A stretch of 64,000 bases of DNA from an uncultured Bacillota bacterium (GTDB lineage: Bacteria > Sysuimicrobiota > Sysuimicrobiia > Sysuimicrobiales > Segetimicrobiaceae), in NCBI GenBank assembly GCA_963804645.1, contig CAWDRG010000011.1, forward strand, positions 32,001 to 96,000, written 5' to 3'. The notes beneath the pieces are model-generated. The model was not told where the DNA came from. It did no database searches and saw only the letters and a program-made list of their open reading frames with translations. The position numbers and the translations under genes were made by a program. Below are positions 39,297 through 51,121 of the stretch, piece by piece. How positions within the stretch are numbered: position 1 is the first letter of the stretch; each line of letters starts with the position of its first letter.

Positions 39297-40544
39297 TCAG
39301 CGGACGGCGTCGGGACCGAGCAGCAGCACCGGGTGCTCGAGCAGGCGCTTCGTCTCGACAAGAAACGCGGCGGCGCCCACGCCGTCCGTGACCCGGTGGT
39401 CGACGGACACCGTCAGCGTCATGATCGGGCGCGCGACGACCGCGCCGTCGCGCACGACGGCACGATCCTGGATCCGCCCGACCGCGAGGATGCCGGCCTG
39501 CGGCGCGTTGATGATCGCCGAAAAGTTCGTGATCTCGTACATCCCCAGGTTGCTGACCGAGAACGTCGCGCCCGAAAACTCCTCCTGCCGGAGGCGGCGC
39601 TGGCGCGCGCCGTCCGCCAGGCGGTGCGCCTCCCTGCTGAGGGCGAGGAGCGGCAGCCGGTCGGCATCGCGCAGCACCGGGACCACCAACCCGTCGGGCA
39701 GCGCGACCATCACGCCGAGGTGGATCCGCCGGAAGCGCCGGAGCGTCGTCGGGGACACGAGGGTGGCGTTGAGGTCAGGCCGCGCGCGCAGCGCGAGCGC
39801 CACGGCCTTGAGAATGAGGTCGTTGATCGACAGCCCGGCGGCCTCATCGCCGTATGATTCTTTGAGCTGCGTGCGCAGGTCAACCGCGCGGCGCATCTCG
39901 ACGTCGGTGCTCGCGTAAAAATGGGGAGTCGACTGCATGCTCTGCGCGACGCTCCGGGCGATCGCCTGGCGCATCCGCGACAACTCGGTATCCTCGTACT
40001 CGGGACCGCCGGCATCGGGCGCCGCACTCACGGCAGGCTGAGCGGCGGCCGCCGGCGCCGGCTGGGCGGCCGCTTCCACGTCCCGCTCAATAATCCGGCC
40101 TCCCGGCCCCGTGCCGGTCACCCGGGATAGATCCACGCCCCGCTCCGCCGCAAGCCGCCGGGCGATCGGCGAGACCTTCAGCTGCCCGTCCGACGGCGCG
40201 GAGACCGGGGCCGCGCTGGCCTGTGCGGCAGGCGCGGGCGGTACCGCCTTCGCCGCTCCCGTGGGGGCGGGCGTCGCCGCGGCGGCGGCCGCAGGGGCGC
40301 TGGGCGCGCCGCCGCCGTTGATGTGCGCGATCACGCCGCCCACCGGCGCCGGCTGGCCCGCCGGCACGACGATGTCGGTGAGCGTCCCCGCAGTCTCCGC
40401 CTCGATCTCGACGTTCACCTTGTCCGTCTCGATCTCCGCGATCACCTCGCCGCGCGCGATGCGGTCGCCGACGCGCTTGCGCCACGAGAGGATCTTCCCC
40501 TCGGTCATCGCATCGCTCATCTTCGGCATGATCACGTCAGCCAT
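39297..40544 (-). CDS. pdhC: Dihydrolipoamide acyltransferase E2
   Basis: Lipoyl IETDKV, E3-binding SPIARRLA...GTGPGGRI, catalytic DHRVTDG. Confidence 0.93.
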   Translation of the reverse strand: MADVIMPKMSDAMTEGKILSWRKRVGDRIARGEVIAEIETDKVNVEIEAETAGTLTDIVVPAGQPAPVGGVIAHINGGGAPSAPAAAAAATPAPTGAAKAVPPAPAAQASAAPVSAPSDGQLKVSPIARRLAAERGVDLSRVTGTGPGGRIIERDVEAAAQPAPAAAAQPAVSAAPDAGGPEYEDTELSRMRQAIARSVAQSMQSTPHFYASTDVEMRRAVDLRTQLKESYGDEAAGLSINDLILKAVALALRARPDLNATLVSPTTLRRFRRIHLGVMVALPDGLVVPVLRDADRLPLLALSREAHRLADGARQRRLRQEEFSGATFSVSNLGMYEITNFSAIINAPQAGILAVGRIQDRAVVRDGAVVARPIMTLTVSVDHRVTDGVGAAAFLVETKRLLEHPVLLLGPDAVR

Positions 40545-40562
40545 CGCACACCTCGCCCCGCC

Positions 40563-41537
40563 CTACCCGACGGTCCGGCGGATCGCCTGCGCGATCTTCA
40601 CCTCGTTCGGCTGGGCCAGCCGCTCGAGATTGCGCGCATAGGGCATGGGCACGTCCTCGCCCGAGACGCGCACGACCGGAGCGTCCAGGCTGTCAAAACA
40701 CCGCTCGTAGATCTGCGTCACGATCTCCGCCGCGACCCCGAACAGCGCCTGCTGCTCCTCGATCACGACCGCGCGGTGGGTCCGGCGCACGCTCTCGGCG
40801 ACCGAGTCCATGTCGAGCGGGCGCAGGGAGCGCAGGTCGATCACCTCGCACTCGATCCCGTCGGAGGCGAGCTGCGCGGCCGCGGCCAGGGTCGCCGCGC
40901 GCATCCGCCCGTGCACCACGACCGTGATGTCGCGGCCCTCGCGCGCCTGGGCGGCGCTCCCGAACGGCACCAGGTAATCGCCGTCCGGGACCTCGCCGCG
41001 CGTGCCGTAGAGGGACGCGTTTTCCAGGAACATCACCGGATCGCTCCCGCGGATCGCCGAACGCAGCAGCCCGCGCGCGTCGGCGGGCGTGGCGGGGGCC
41101 ACCACGACGAGGCCCGGGAAGTGGCCGTACAGCGCCTCGAGCGCCTGCGAGTGCTGCGCGGACAGCTGCACGCCGGTTCCGTTCGGGCCGCGAATCACCA
41201 TCGGCACGCTGACCTGTCCGCCGGAGAAGTAGCGCACCTTCGCCGCGTTTTGGATGATCTGGTCCGCGCCCACGAGCGAGAAGTTCCAGGTCATGACCTC
41301 GATCACGGGATGCAGGCCGAGCATCGCCATGCCGATCCCCGTGCCGATGAAGCCGAGCTCCGCGATCGGCGTGTCCACGACGCGCTTCGAGCCGTAGCGC
41401 GCGAGCAGGCCTTCGGTCACGAGAAAGGTGCCGCCGTACACCCCGATGTCCTCCCCCATCAAGAGGACGTGGGGATCCCGGTCCATCTCCTCGATGAGGG
41501 TCGTCTTGAGCGCATCACGATAGGTTAGCTCTGGCAC
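40563..41537 (-). CDS. pdhB: Pyruvate dehydrogenase E1 beta subunit
   Basis: GEDIGVYGG, DTPIAE, AQHSQ, DLRSLRPLD, MPYA; GTG start with AGGAGG. Confidence 0.93.
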   Translation of the reverse strand: MPELTYRDALKTTLIEEMDRDPHVLLMGEDIGVYGGTFLVTEGLLARYGSKRVVDTPIAELGFIGTGIGMAMLGLHPVIEVMTWNFSLVGADQIIQNAAKVRYFSGGQVSVPMVIRGPNGTGVQLSAQHSQALEALYGHFPGLVVVAPATPADARGLLRSAIRGSDPVMFLENASLYGTRGEVPDGDYLVPFGSAAQAREGRDITVVVHGRMRAATLAAAAQLASDGIECEVIDLRSLRPLDMDSVAESVRRTHRAVVIEEQQALFGVAAEIVTQIYERCFDSLDAPVVRVSGEDVPMPYARNLERLAQPNEVKIAQAIRRTVG

Positions 41538-41574
41538 GTGGGTCCTCCTGACCTTGCCCGCGGCGCGGGGGCCG

Positions 41575-42600
41575 TCATGCCCGGTGCGCGTCCACGGGAA
41601 GCCCGGCGTAGATGTCCGTGAACAGCTCCTCGGCCGACGGCTCCGGGCTCGCGTCGGCAAAGGCCACGGCCTCTTCCACCCGCCGGTCGGCCCCCGCCTC
41701 GATCTCCTCGACCTTGGCGTCGTCGAGCACGCCCTCGGCCCGAAGGCGCTTCTCCACGGTCACGATCGGATCGCGCCGCCGCCACTCCTCGATCTCATGC
41801 TTCTCGCGATACGGCTGGCGGACATCGGCGGCGCCGTGCGCCGCGTAGCGGTAGGTCAGCGCCTCCACCGCGTGCGGCCGGCCGGTGCGGCGCACCTCGT
41901 CGATCACGCGGCGGGCGACCTCGTACACCGCCACGGGGTCCATGCCGTCGACCTGTTCGTTCGGGATCGCGTAGCTGTCGAAGCGGGACGCGAGCCGCGT
42001 CTCGGCCGAGGACCGCGGCACCGACGTCCCCATGCCGTAGAGGTTGTTCTCGACGATGAACACCACCGGACAGAGACCGTCCCGGCCCCACAGCCCGGCC
42101 ATGTTCGCGCCCTCGTGAAACGCCCCGGTGTTCATCGCGCCGTCCCCCAGGAAGCACAAACACACGCGGTCGCCGGGATCGTAGCGGAGCGCATACGCCG
42201 CGCCCACGGCGAGCGGGACGTGGCCGCCGACCACCCCGTAGCCGCCGTAGAACCCGTGGGCGACGTCGAAGATGTGCATCGAGCCGCCCTTGCCCTTGCA
42301 GACCCCGGTCGCCTTTCCATAAAGTTCGGCCATGACGGCCCCGGGGTCCGTCCCCCGGAGAATGGGATACACGTGATCCCGGTACGTCCCGAACAGGATG
42401 TCGTCGGCGCGCAGCGGGGCGATGAACCCGATCGCCACGGCCTCCTGGCCGCTGTACAGATGCAGGTATCCGCCGACCTTGCCGCGCCTGAAGCTGCGTT
42501 CCGCCTGTTCCTCGAACCGCCGAACGAATACCATCTTGCGATACCAATCGAGCAGCGTTTCGGTATCCACGGCGCGACTTTGGGTCTTCTTCATCGACAT
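41575..42600 (-). CDS. pdhA: Pyruvate dehydrogenase E1 alpha subunit
   Basis: GGYLHLYSGQEA, YRDH, KGKGGSMH, ThDP motif GDGA...ENN, TYRY..H. Confidence 0.93.
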   Translation of the reverse strand: MSMKKTQSRAVDTETLLDWYRKMVFVRRFEEQAERSFRRGKVGGYLHLYSGQEAVAIGFIAPLRADDILFGTYRDHVYPILRGTDPGAVMAELYGKATGVCKGKGGSMHIFDVAHGFYGGYGVVGGHVPLAVGAAYALRYDPGDRVCLCFLGDGAMNTGAFHEGANMAGLWGRDGLCPVVFIVENNLYGMGTSVPRSSAETRLASRFDSYAIPNEQVDGMDPVAVYEVARRVIDEVRRTGRPHAVEALTYRYAAHGAADVRQPYREKHEIEEWRRRDPIVTVEKRLRAEGVLDDAKVEEIEAGADRRVEEAVAFADASPEPSAEELFTDIYAGLPVDAHRA

Positions 42601-42650
42601 CGACACCCCACCCGCACCATCGTCGGTCCATCCACGTACAACCTCATACC

Positions 42651-42678
42651 CTTCGGAGGTATTCCTCCGACGCCCTGC
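42651..42678 (-). promoter_or_regulatory. Sigma-H-like promoter GCAGGG-N18-GAAG of pdhABC, with palindrome TCGGAGG-N4-CCTCCGA in the spacer
   Basis: About 50 nt upstream of ATG 42600; inverted repeat at 42653-42670. Confidence 0.5.
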
Positions 42679-42701
42679 CGCCCCCTCTCGGACCTGCGAA
42701 A

Positions 42702-42728
42702 CCAGGACCCCGCCCCGCGTGGGCGAAG
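42702..42728 (+). promoter_or_regulatory. Divergent sigma-H-like promoter CCAGGA-N17-GAAG
   Basis: Back-to-back with the pdh promoter and pointing to HAD-zwf, but about 360 nt from the first start. Confidence 0.35.
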
Positions 42729-43086
42729 GAGAACACCGGGTTCGGCCCCATGGGGGGAGGTCGGCGCTCGGCAGCGCACGCCCTGAGACAGGCGAGGTGC
42801 GGGACCGGCGCCGAAGCGGCGTGCATGGACACGGCGGCGCCGTCCGCACGAACGGCGCAGGCGCCGAGAGCACACCCGTCGCACCCAATCGCGAGCCAAC
42901 CGACTCGCTCGGAGCACACGGCGTCGACGCGGCGCGCCGTTCGCCAGCCTCCGCGCCGGCCGACTCCACCAATACGCGACTCACCGGGGTGGTCAGGATG
43001 CACACGACGACGCGCGACCCGCGGCGGTCCCACGCGACACCCGACCGGACCGCGGCGGGAACCGCGCCGCACATGGAGCCCGGCCG

Positions 43087-43700
43087 ATGACCGAGCGCAT
43101 CACCACCCTGTTTTGCGACATCGGCGGGATCGTGCTGACGAACGGGTGGGACCGCGGGGGACGGCGGCGCGCCGCCGAGCAGTTTCATCTCGACCAGGCG
43201 GTCATAGACGAGCGGCACCACTTCCTGTTCGATACGTACGAAGAGGGCAAGACCACCCTCGACGACTACCTCCAGCACGTCATCTTCTACGAACCGCGCA
43301 CCTTCTCGCTGGCGGCGTTCAAGGCGTTCATGTTCGAGCAGTCCCAGCCGCTCCCGGGGATGCTGGAGTTTCTCCGGAAGCTCAAGGCCCGGCATCATCT
43401 CAAGGTCTTCGCGCTCAGCAACGAAGGGCGGGAACTCACGCTGCACCGCGTGCGCACCTTCCACCTGGGCACCCTGATGGACGCGTTTGTCTGCTCGTGC
43501 TTCGTCCACGTGCGCAAGCCGGACCCGGAGATCTATCGGATCGCGCTCGATCTCGCGCAGGTGCCGCCCGAAACGGTCGTCTATCTCGAGGACCGCCCCA
43601 TGTTCGCGCAGATCGGAAGCGAGCAGGGCCTGCACGCGATCCTGCACACCGACTTCGACAGTACGCGGGCGACGCTGGCCGCGCTCGGACTGACGCTGCC

Positions 43701-43704
<4 letters not shown>
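43087..43704 (+). CDS. HAD family phosphatase
   Basis: FCDIGGIV, LSNEG, RKPDPEIY, YLEDR. Confidence 0.9.
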
Positions 43705-45262
<1,558 letters not shown>

Positions 45263-45266
<4 letters not shown>

Positions 45267-46591
45267 GCGCGCAGGCGGCCGCGGCATCGCAGCGCCCCTG
45301 GTGGTCGTACGTGGAGCCGTGGGCCGGCGCCTACGCGCTCTTGGGGTTCACCGTATCCGGGGGCCTGCCCATGATGCTCCCGCTCGCCGTCGACCGCAGC
45401 GGCAGCGCAGCCGAGGTGGGACTCGTGATGGCATCCCTCAGCCTCGGCACCGTCATGTCACCCGTATGCGGCGCGCTTGCCGACCGGTACCGGATCCACC
45501 GCATCCTGCTCACCGCCGGGATCCTCTTGACCGGCATCGCGGTCGCCCTGCTCGCATGGACCACCGGCGCCGCCCCGAGAGCCGGGCTGGCGTTTGCCGC
45601 AGGCTGCGGGTCGGCCGCCGCCTCGACCGTCGCGTATCTGTTCGTGGTCGAAGCCCATCCACGGGGCGAATGGCCGCACCGCTTCGGCGCGCTCCAACTC
45701 ATCTATGTCGCGGCCCAGGTGCTCGGGCTCATCTTCGCCGGCTTGATCAGCCGGATCGACCTCCGTGCCGGGTTCATCGCGGACGGCGGGGTGGCGATGG
45801 CGGCGGCGCTCGTGGCCTGGCTGAGCACGAGGCGCCGCCGGTACGCCACGGGGGTCGGATTCGCGAGACCCGTTCCGGGCACGCCCAACCCGCCGATCGC
45901 CCAGCATCCCCCGGTCATGCGCGTCGAACACGCCCTGGGCGTGCACCGAGGGTGGCACCTCCCGAACGGGGCGATCCTTCGCCGCGTAGCGGCCTCGCCG
46001 TTTGCGATCTTTCTCGGGGTGTGGGTCCTCGCGTTCACGGGCAGCTCGACGTTCTTCGCGCTGTACCCGGTGTTCATGGCGCGCGTCTTCCACATCGGCC
46101 CGAGCCGCTCGTCCCTCGCGTACGCCGCGGCGGTCGGGTTGTCGCTGACGCTCTTCTCACCGGCCGCCCGGTGGGCGAATGACCTCGGCGCGGGACGGCT
46201 CGTCCGCGTGGGCATCCAGATCCGTCTCCTCGCGCTGCTCGTGATCGCAGGACTGAGCGTCCTCGGCGGGGCGACGGGCGCACTGGGAGCGGTGGTCGCA
46301 TTTGCGGCGCTCGTGCTCGCCTGGGCACTGCTGGGCGTCAGCGGCCCCCCGCTGGCGGCGCGACGCAGCCCCGTCGGTGAGGGCGAAGGCATGGGATTGT
46401 ACAACGCGGCGGGTGCGGCGGGCGGCGTGCTTGGCGGGCTCCTCTCGGGGTGGGCGGCGCAGACCTGGGGGTATGTGGCGATCCCGCTCGCCGGCGCCGC
46501 GTGCCTCGGCGCCGCGCTACTGCTGACCACCGCCGACCCGACCTGGGGACGCAAGCTCACTCCCCCGGCGGTCCCCGCCCCGAACGGATAG
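45263..46591 (+). CDS. MFS transporter
   Basis: About 12 hydrophobic segments in two halves; motif A-like GALADRYRIHR. Confidence 0.85.
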
Positions 46592-46601
46592 ACCGCGCGA
46601 G

Positions 46602-49061
46602 ATGCCGGACGACGGAGGGCCCACCGTGCTGCACACCGAGGAATACGCGCCGGGGTGGCCCGGCATCCCGGCGCGGTGGACGTCGAGCGCCAAATCCGGC
46701 GTCGGCACCGCGATGACCTACTCCAGCCGCGTGTGGTTCACGCTCAGCCACGGCATCCTGAACGAAGTGTACTGGCCCCGCGAGGACCAGGCGTGCATCC
46801 GGGACATGGGCCTTGTCGTAACCGACGGCCGGGAGTACTTCTCGCAGGAGAAGCGCCACGCGGAGCCCCGGGTCCAGTACCTCGCGCCTGGGGTGCCGGC
46901 GTTCCGGCTCATCAACACGAGCTTCGACCAGCGGTACCGGATCGAGAAAGAAATCGTGAGCGACCCGGCCCGTGACGTGGTCCTCCATCAGACGCTCTTT
47001 GTCCCGCTCCAGGGCGCACTGTCCGACTACCGACTGTACGTACTGCTCGCCCCGCATCTCGGAAATCAGGGCGCCGGCAACACCGCCTGGGCCGGCGAGT
47101 ACAAGGGCAGCCCGATGCTGTTCGCATCGCGCAATGGGCTCGCGCTCGCGCTCGCCTGCTCGGTCCCGTGGCGCGCCCGGTCGGCGGGGTTCGTCGGCGC
47201 CTCGGACGGCTGGCAGGACCTGCTCCAGCACAAACGGCTCACCCGAGCGTACCGGCGCGCCGAGAACGGCAACACGGCGCTCGTCGGGGAGATCGACCTC
47301 GCGGCCGGCGGCGGGGCGTTCCTGCTGGCGCTCGGATTCGGCGACACACCCGAGGAAGCGGCGCTGCACGCGAACGCGAGCCTGTTCGACGGCTTTGCCG
47401 TCGCGCGGGATCGGTATGTGAGCGAGTGGGACGCGTGGCAGCGTACGCTCACACAGATCCGCGACAGCGACGGCCCGCGCGCACCGGCCGCGCCCGGCGA
47501 GACCCGGACGCAGGACGTCTATCGGGTGAGCACGGCCGTCATCCACACCCACCGCTCCAAGGTGGTGCCGGGCGGCGTGCTTGCAAGCCTGTCGATTCCC
47601 TGGGGATTCGCGAGAGGCGACGGAGATCTCGGCGGCTACCATCTCGTCTGGCCGCGCGACCTTGCCGAAGCCGCCGGGGGAGGCCTCGCTATCGGCGCCG
47701 TGGCCGGATTCCACAGCCTTCTCCGCTATCTGTACGTGACGCAGGAGCCCGACGGGCACTGGCCCCAGAACATGTGGCTGGACGGCCGCGCGTACTGGAG
47801 CGGCGTGCAGCTGGACGAGACCGCGTTCCCGATCTTGCTCGTGGATCTGGCGCTCCGCACCGGCGCGCTCCACCACGACGACCTCGCCCGTCTGTGGCCG
47901 ATGGTCCGAAAAGCGGCGGCGTTTGTCGTGCAAAACGGCCCGGTGACCCAGCAGGACCGCTGGGAAGAGGACGGCGGGTACTCCCCGTTCACGCTCGCCG
48001 TCGAGATCTCGGCACTGCTCGTGGCGGCCGACCTCGCCGAGTCCAGCGGCGACCCCGCGGTGGCCCCCTACCTGCGAGAGACGGCGGACATCTGGAACGC
48101 CAACATCGAGCGGTGGACGTACGCCCAGGACACGGACCTTTCCCGCCGCCTCGGGCTTCACGGCTACTATGTGCGGATCGCCCCGCCGGAGGTCGCGGAG
48201 GCCGCGTCCCCGCTCGAAGGATTCGTGCCGATCAAGAACCGCCCGCCCGGCAGCAGCGCACTGCCGGCGTCCGAGCTGATCAGCCCGGACGCGCTGGCGC
48301 TCGTGCGATTCGGCCTGCGCGCGCCGGACGATCCTCGCATCCTCGACACGGTGCGGGCGATCGACGCGCTGCTGCGGGTCGAAACGCCGTTCGGACCCGC
48401 GTGGCACCGGTACAACGGCGACGGCTACGGGGAGCACGAGGACGGGGCGCCGTTTGACGGCACCGGCGTCGGCCGCGCGTGGCCGCTGTTGACCGGAGAA
48501 CGCGCCCACTACGAGCTGGCCGCGGGCAATCGCGACGTCGCCGAGAGCCTCCTGCGCACGATGGAGGCGTTTGCCAACGAGAGCGGCCTCTTGCCCGAAC
48601 AGATCTGGGACGCCCCGGACATTCCGGACCGCGAGCTGTTCTTCGGCCGGCCGTCGGGATCGGCGATGCCGCTCGTCTGGGCGCACGCCGAGTATCTGAA
48701 GCTGCGCCGCTCGCTCCAGGACGGCCGGGTGTTCGATGCGCCGCCGCAGGCACAGGCACGGTACGTGGGCCGCCCCGCGCCGGCCCCCGCGGTGACCGTC
48801 TGGCGGTTCAACCAGAAGTGCCGGTCCGCCGCCCTCGGCACCACGCTGCGCATCGAGACGCTCGCGGCCGCGACGGTGCACTGGACCCACGACGCGTGGC
48901 GGACCGTGACGGACACGCCGACCCGGGACACCGGGCTCAGCGTCTACGTGGCCGACCTGCCGAGCGCCGCGTTCGATCCCGGGGTCGAGATCCGGTTCAC
49001 GTTCCTCTGGACGGAGGCCGTGCGGTGGGAAGGCGTCGACTTCACCGTGACGATCGCCTAA
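46602..49061 (+). CDS. GH15 glucoamylase/glucodextranase with N-terminal beta domain
   Basis: WTSSAKSGVG, ASLSIPWG, GGYHLVWPRD, QLDE, DRWEE, RYNGDGYGE, WPLLTGERA, LLPEQ, SAMPLVWAHAEY. Confidence 0.93.
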   Translation: MPDDGGPTVLHTEEYAPGWPGIPARWTSSAKSGVGTAMTYSSRVWFTLSHGILNEVYWPREDQACIRDMGLVVTDGREYFSQEKRHAEPRVQYLAPGVPAFRLINTSFDQRYRIEKEIVSDPARDVVLHQTLFVPLQGALSDYRLYVLLAPHLGNQGAGNTAWAGEYKGSPMLFASRNGLALALACSVPWRARSAGFVGASDGWQDLLQHKRLTRAYRRAENGNTALVGEIDLAAGGGAFLLALGFGDTPEEAALHANASLFDGFAVARDRYVSEWDAWQRTLTQIRDSDGPRAPAAPGETRTQDVYRVSTAVIHTHRSKVVPGGVLASLSIPWGFARGDGDLGGYHLVWPRDLAEAAGGGLAIGAVAGFHSLLRYLYVTQEPDGHWPQNMWLDGRAYWSGVQLDETAFPILLVDLALRTGALHHDDLARLWPMVRKAAAFVVQNGPVTQQDRWEEDGGYSPFTLAVEISALLVAADLAESSGDPAVAPYLRETADIWNANIERWTYAQDTDLSRRLGLHGYYVRIAPPEVAEAASPLEGFVPIKNRPPGSSALPASELISPDALALVRFGLRAPDDPRILDTVRAIDALLRVETPFGPAWHRYNGDGYGEHEDGAPFDGTGVGRAWPLLTGERAHYELAAGNRDVAESLLRTMEAFANESGLLPEQIWDAPDIPDRELFFGRPSGSAMPLVWAHAEYLKLRRSLQDGRVFDAPPQAQARYVGRPAPAPAVTVWRFNQKCRSAALGTTLRIETLAAATVHWTHDAWRTVTDTPTRDTGLSVYVADLPSAAFDPGVEIRFTFLWTEAVRWEGVDFTVTIA

Positions 49062-49087
49062 GAGCGGACCGAGGAGGAGATGCGCAG

Positions 49088-49870
49088 ATGGACATCACCT
49101 TGAAGGGCAAGCGGGCCATCGTCACCGGGGCGAACTCGGGCATCGGCGAGGCGATCGCGATGGAGTTTGGCGCCGCGGGCGCGCGGGTCGCGGTGAACTA
49201 CGTGGTCCACCCGGAGACGGCCGACCAGGTCGTCCGGCGGATCAAACAGGCGGGCGGCGACGCCCTCGCCGTCAAGGCCGACGTGTCGGACGCGGCGTCC
49301 GTCGCGGCGATGTTTGCGACGCTCGACGGCGCGTGGGGCGGCGTCGACGTGCTGGTGAACAACGCCGGGATCGACGGCCCGCGGGCAGCCGCGTGGGAGG
49401 CCGACCCGGCCGCGTGGCGCCGGGTGCTCGAAATCAACCTGATCGGCGCGTACATCTGCGCACGCGAGGCCCTGCGGCGGATGATTCCCGCCCGCGCGGG
49501 CGTGATCGTCAACCTCACGTCCGTGCACGAGCGGATCCCATGGACCGGGTACAGCGCGTACACGGCGAGCAAGGCCGGACTCAGCATGCTGACGCAAACG
49601 CTCGCTCTCGAGGCGGCGCCGTCCGGCGTCCGCGTGGTCGCGATCGCCCCGGGCGCGATCCAGACGCCGATCAGCCAGGACGTCTGGAGCAACCCGGAGA
49701 CGCTCGCGGATCTGCTGAGCAAAATCCCGATGGGACGGATGGGCCGGCCCCAGGAGATCGCGCAGATGGCGGTCGTCCTCGCCTCGGACGTCGCCGGCTA
49801 CATCACTGGGACGACGGTGTTCGTCGACGGCGGAATGATCAATTATGCGGCGTTCATGCACGGCGGCTAA
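49088..49870 (+). CDS. Glucose 1-dehydrogenase-like SDR
   Basis: TGANSGIG, NNAG, SVHERIPW, YTASK, PGAIQTPI, G.TVFVDGGM; GAGGAGG RBS. Confidence 0.88.
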   Translation: MDITLKGKRAIVTGANSGIGEAIAMEFGAAGARVAVNYVVHPETADQVVRRIKQAGGDALAVKADVSDAASVAAMFATLDGAWGGVDVLVNNAGIDGPRAAAWEADPAAWRRVLEINLIGAYICAREALRRMIPARAGVIVNLTSVHERIPWTGYSAYTASKAGLSMLTQTLALEAAPSGVRVVAIAPGAIQTPISQDVWSNPETLADLLSKIPMGRMGRPQEIAQMAVVLASDVAGYITGTTVFVDGGMINYAAFMHGG

Positions 49871-49887
49871 CGCCGCGGCGGGTTCGG

Positions 49888-50328
49888 TTAGCGGATATCG
49901 TGCTCCGTCACGAGACTCTCATACGGTTCGGTCATCAGTTGCGACGAGATCATAAAATCGGCGGACGCGCGGTTGCACGCCACGGGGATGTTCCAGACCA
50001 CGGCGATGCGGAGCAGCGCCTTCACGTCCGAGTCGTGCGGGTGCGACCCGAGCGGGTCCCAGAAAAAGACGAGCGCGTCGATCGTCCCCTCTGCGATTCG
50101 CGCACCGATCTGCTGATCGCCGCCGAGCGGTCCGCTCCGCAGCCGCGTCAGCTCGAGGCCCAACTCCTCCTCGAGCAGCTTCCCCGTCGACTCGGTCGCG
50201 TACAGCGCGTGGCGGGCGAGCAGCCCTCGATTGAACCGCGCCCATGCGAGCAACTCGTCCTTCCGATCGTCGTGCGCGATCAACGCGATGCGCTTTTTCA
50301 CGCCCATCGGGCGAGTGATATACGCCAT
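49888..50328 (-). CDS. mgsA: Methylglyoxal synthase
   Basis: IALIAHD, SGPLGGDQQIGA, FFWDP, PHDSDVKALLR, ACNRASADF; AGGAG RBS. Confidence 0.96.
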   Translation of the reverse strand: MAYITRPMGVKKRIALIAHDDRKDELLAWARFNRGLLARHALYATESTGKLLEEELGLELTRLRSGPLGGDQQIGARIAEGTIDALVFFWDPLGSHPHDSDVKALLRIAVVWNIPVACNRASADFMISSQLMTEPYESLVTEHDIR

Positions 50329-50421
50329 GTCCAACTCCTGTCCGTCCGTCGTGACACCCTGAAGACCGTGTGGCAGCGCCGTCCGCGGCCGCGCTGCGTC
50401 CCCGAGGCCCCGCGGTGGGAT

Positions 50422-50458
50422 ACAAAACAAAGCGCCAACCGTGTGCGCACGGTTGGCG
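50422..50458 (-). terminator. Intrinsic terminator within the mgsA upstream region
   Basis: Perfect 11-bp stem cgccaaccgtg/cacggttggcg, 4-nt loop, then CTTTGTTTTGT on the minus strand. Confidence 0.7.
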
Positions 50459-50499
50459 GCGCGGCCCACTCGCTCCCCGTCGTGTCTAGTGTCGTCTAC
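50422..50499 (-). ncRNA. Candidate sRNA or attenuated leader of about 78 nt
   Basis: Bounded by a consensus sigma70 promoter and an intrinsic terminator; no family recognised. Confidence 0.4.
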
Positions 50500-50505
50500 A
50501 CCGAC

Positions 50506-50534
50506 ATTATACCATTCACCATCTTGGGGAGCAA
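50506..50534 (-). promoter_or_regulatory. Sigma70 promoter TTGCTC-N17-TATAAT with extended TG
   Basis: Perfect -10 at 50506-50511, TG at 50513-50514, -35 at 50529-50534. Confidence 0.7.
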
Positions 50535-50599
50535 CGACACGGCCGCGGTGCGCGCCGCGGTCCGGCGCGTCTCGATCGCGCTTGGCGCCCGAACGGCCA

Positions 50600-50608
50600 T
50601 GCTATACT
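50600..50608 (+). promoter_or_regulatory. Extended -10 TGcTATACT for the RidA gene
   Basis: 40 nt upstream of ATG 50648. Confidence 0.5.
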
Positions 50609-50647
50609 TGGCACGCACGTCACCTCGACCCGATCCGAAAGGGGGCC

Positions 50648-51040
50648 ATGCAGCGCATGGAACGGCAGAGCATCTCTCCACCGGGGCGACCCCGGCCGAC
50701 CAATCCGTACTCGTGGGGCACGCGCGTCGGCAACTTGGTGTTCACGTCCGGACACACCGGCGGCGACGCGTCCGGCAAGGTGCCGGACGACATCGGCGCG
50801 CAGACTCGCAACTGCATCGAGGGGTGCAAAGCCGTCCTCGAGGCCGCGGGCTCGGGCCTGCAGCACGTCCTCAAGGTGACGATCTTCCTGACCGACATCA
50901 AGGAGTTTGCCGCCATGAACGAGGTGTACCGCGCCTCGTTCCCCGCCGGCGACCTGCCCGCGCGCAGCACCGTCGAGGTCTCCGCCCTCGCACGTCCGGA
51001 CCTTCGCGTCGAGATTGAAATGACCGGGTGCATCCCCTAG
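50648..51040 (+). CDS. RidA/YjgF/UK114 family protein
   Basis: PYS, LVFTSG, VLKVTIFL, FAAMNEVY, PARSTV, RVEIE. Confidence 0.92.
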   Translation: MQRMERQSISPPGRPRPTNPYSWGTRVGNLVFTSGHTGGDASGKVPDDIGAQTRNCIEGCKAVLEAAGSGLQHVLKVTIFLTDIKEFAAMNEVYRASFPAGDLPARSTVEVSALARPDLRVEIEMTGCIP

Positions 51041-51064
51041 CGGCCGCTCGGAGCGCACGCGAGC

Positions 51065-51103
51065 CGCAGGAGGGGCGCCGTCCACACGGGCGCCCCTCCT
51101 GCG
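51065..51103. terminator. 15-bp perfect hairpin between convergent genes
   Basis: cgcaggaggggcgcc / ggcgcccctcctgcg with a 9-nt loop. Confidence 0.65.
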
Positions 51104-51121
51104 CGTCTCGCCGGATCGGGG

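Noticed and set aside
41575..43647. Apparent long N-terminal extensions or fusions (pdhA 690 aa, zwf 838 aa, S9 806 aa, CtaG 728 aa, M20 863 aa, LivH 872 aa)
   Set aside because: Extensions overlap other real genes; internal starts with RBS or stop-start overlaps match family N-termini.
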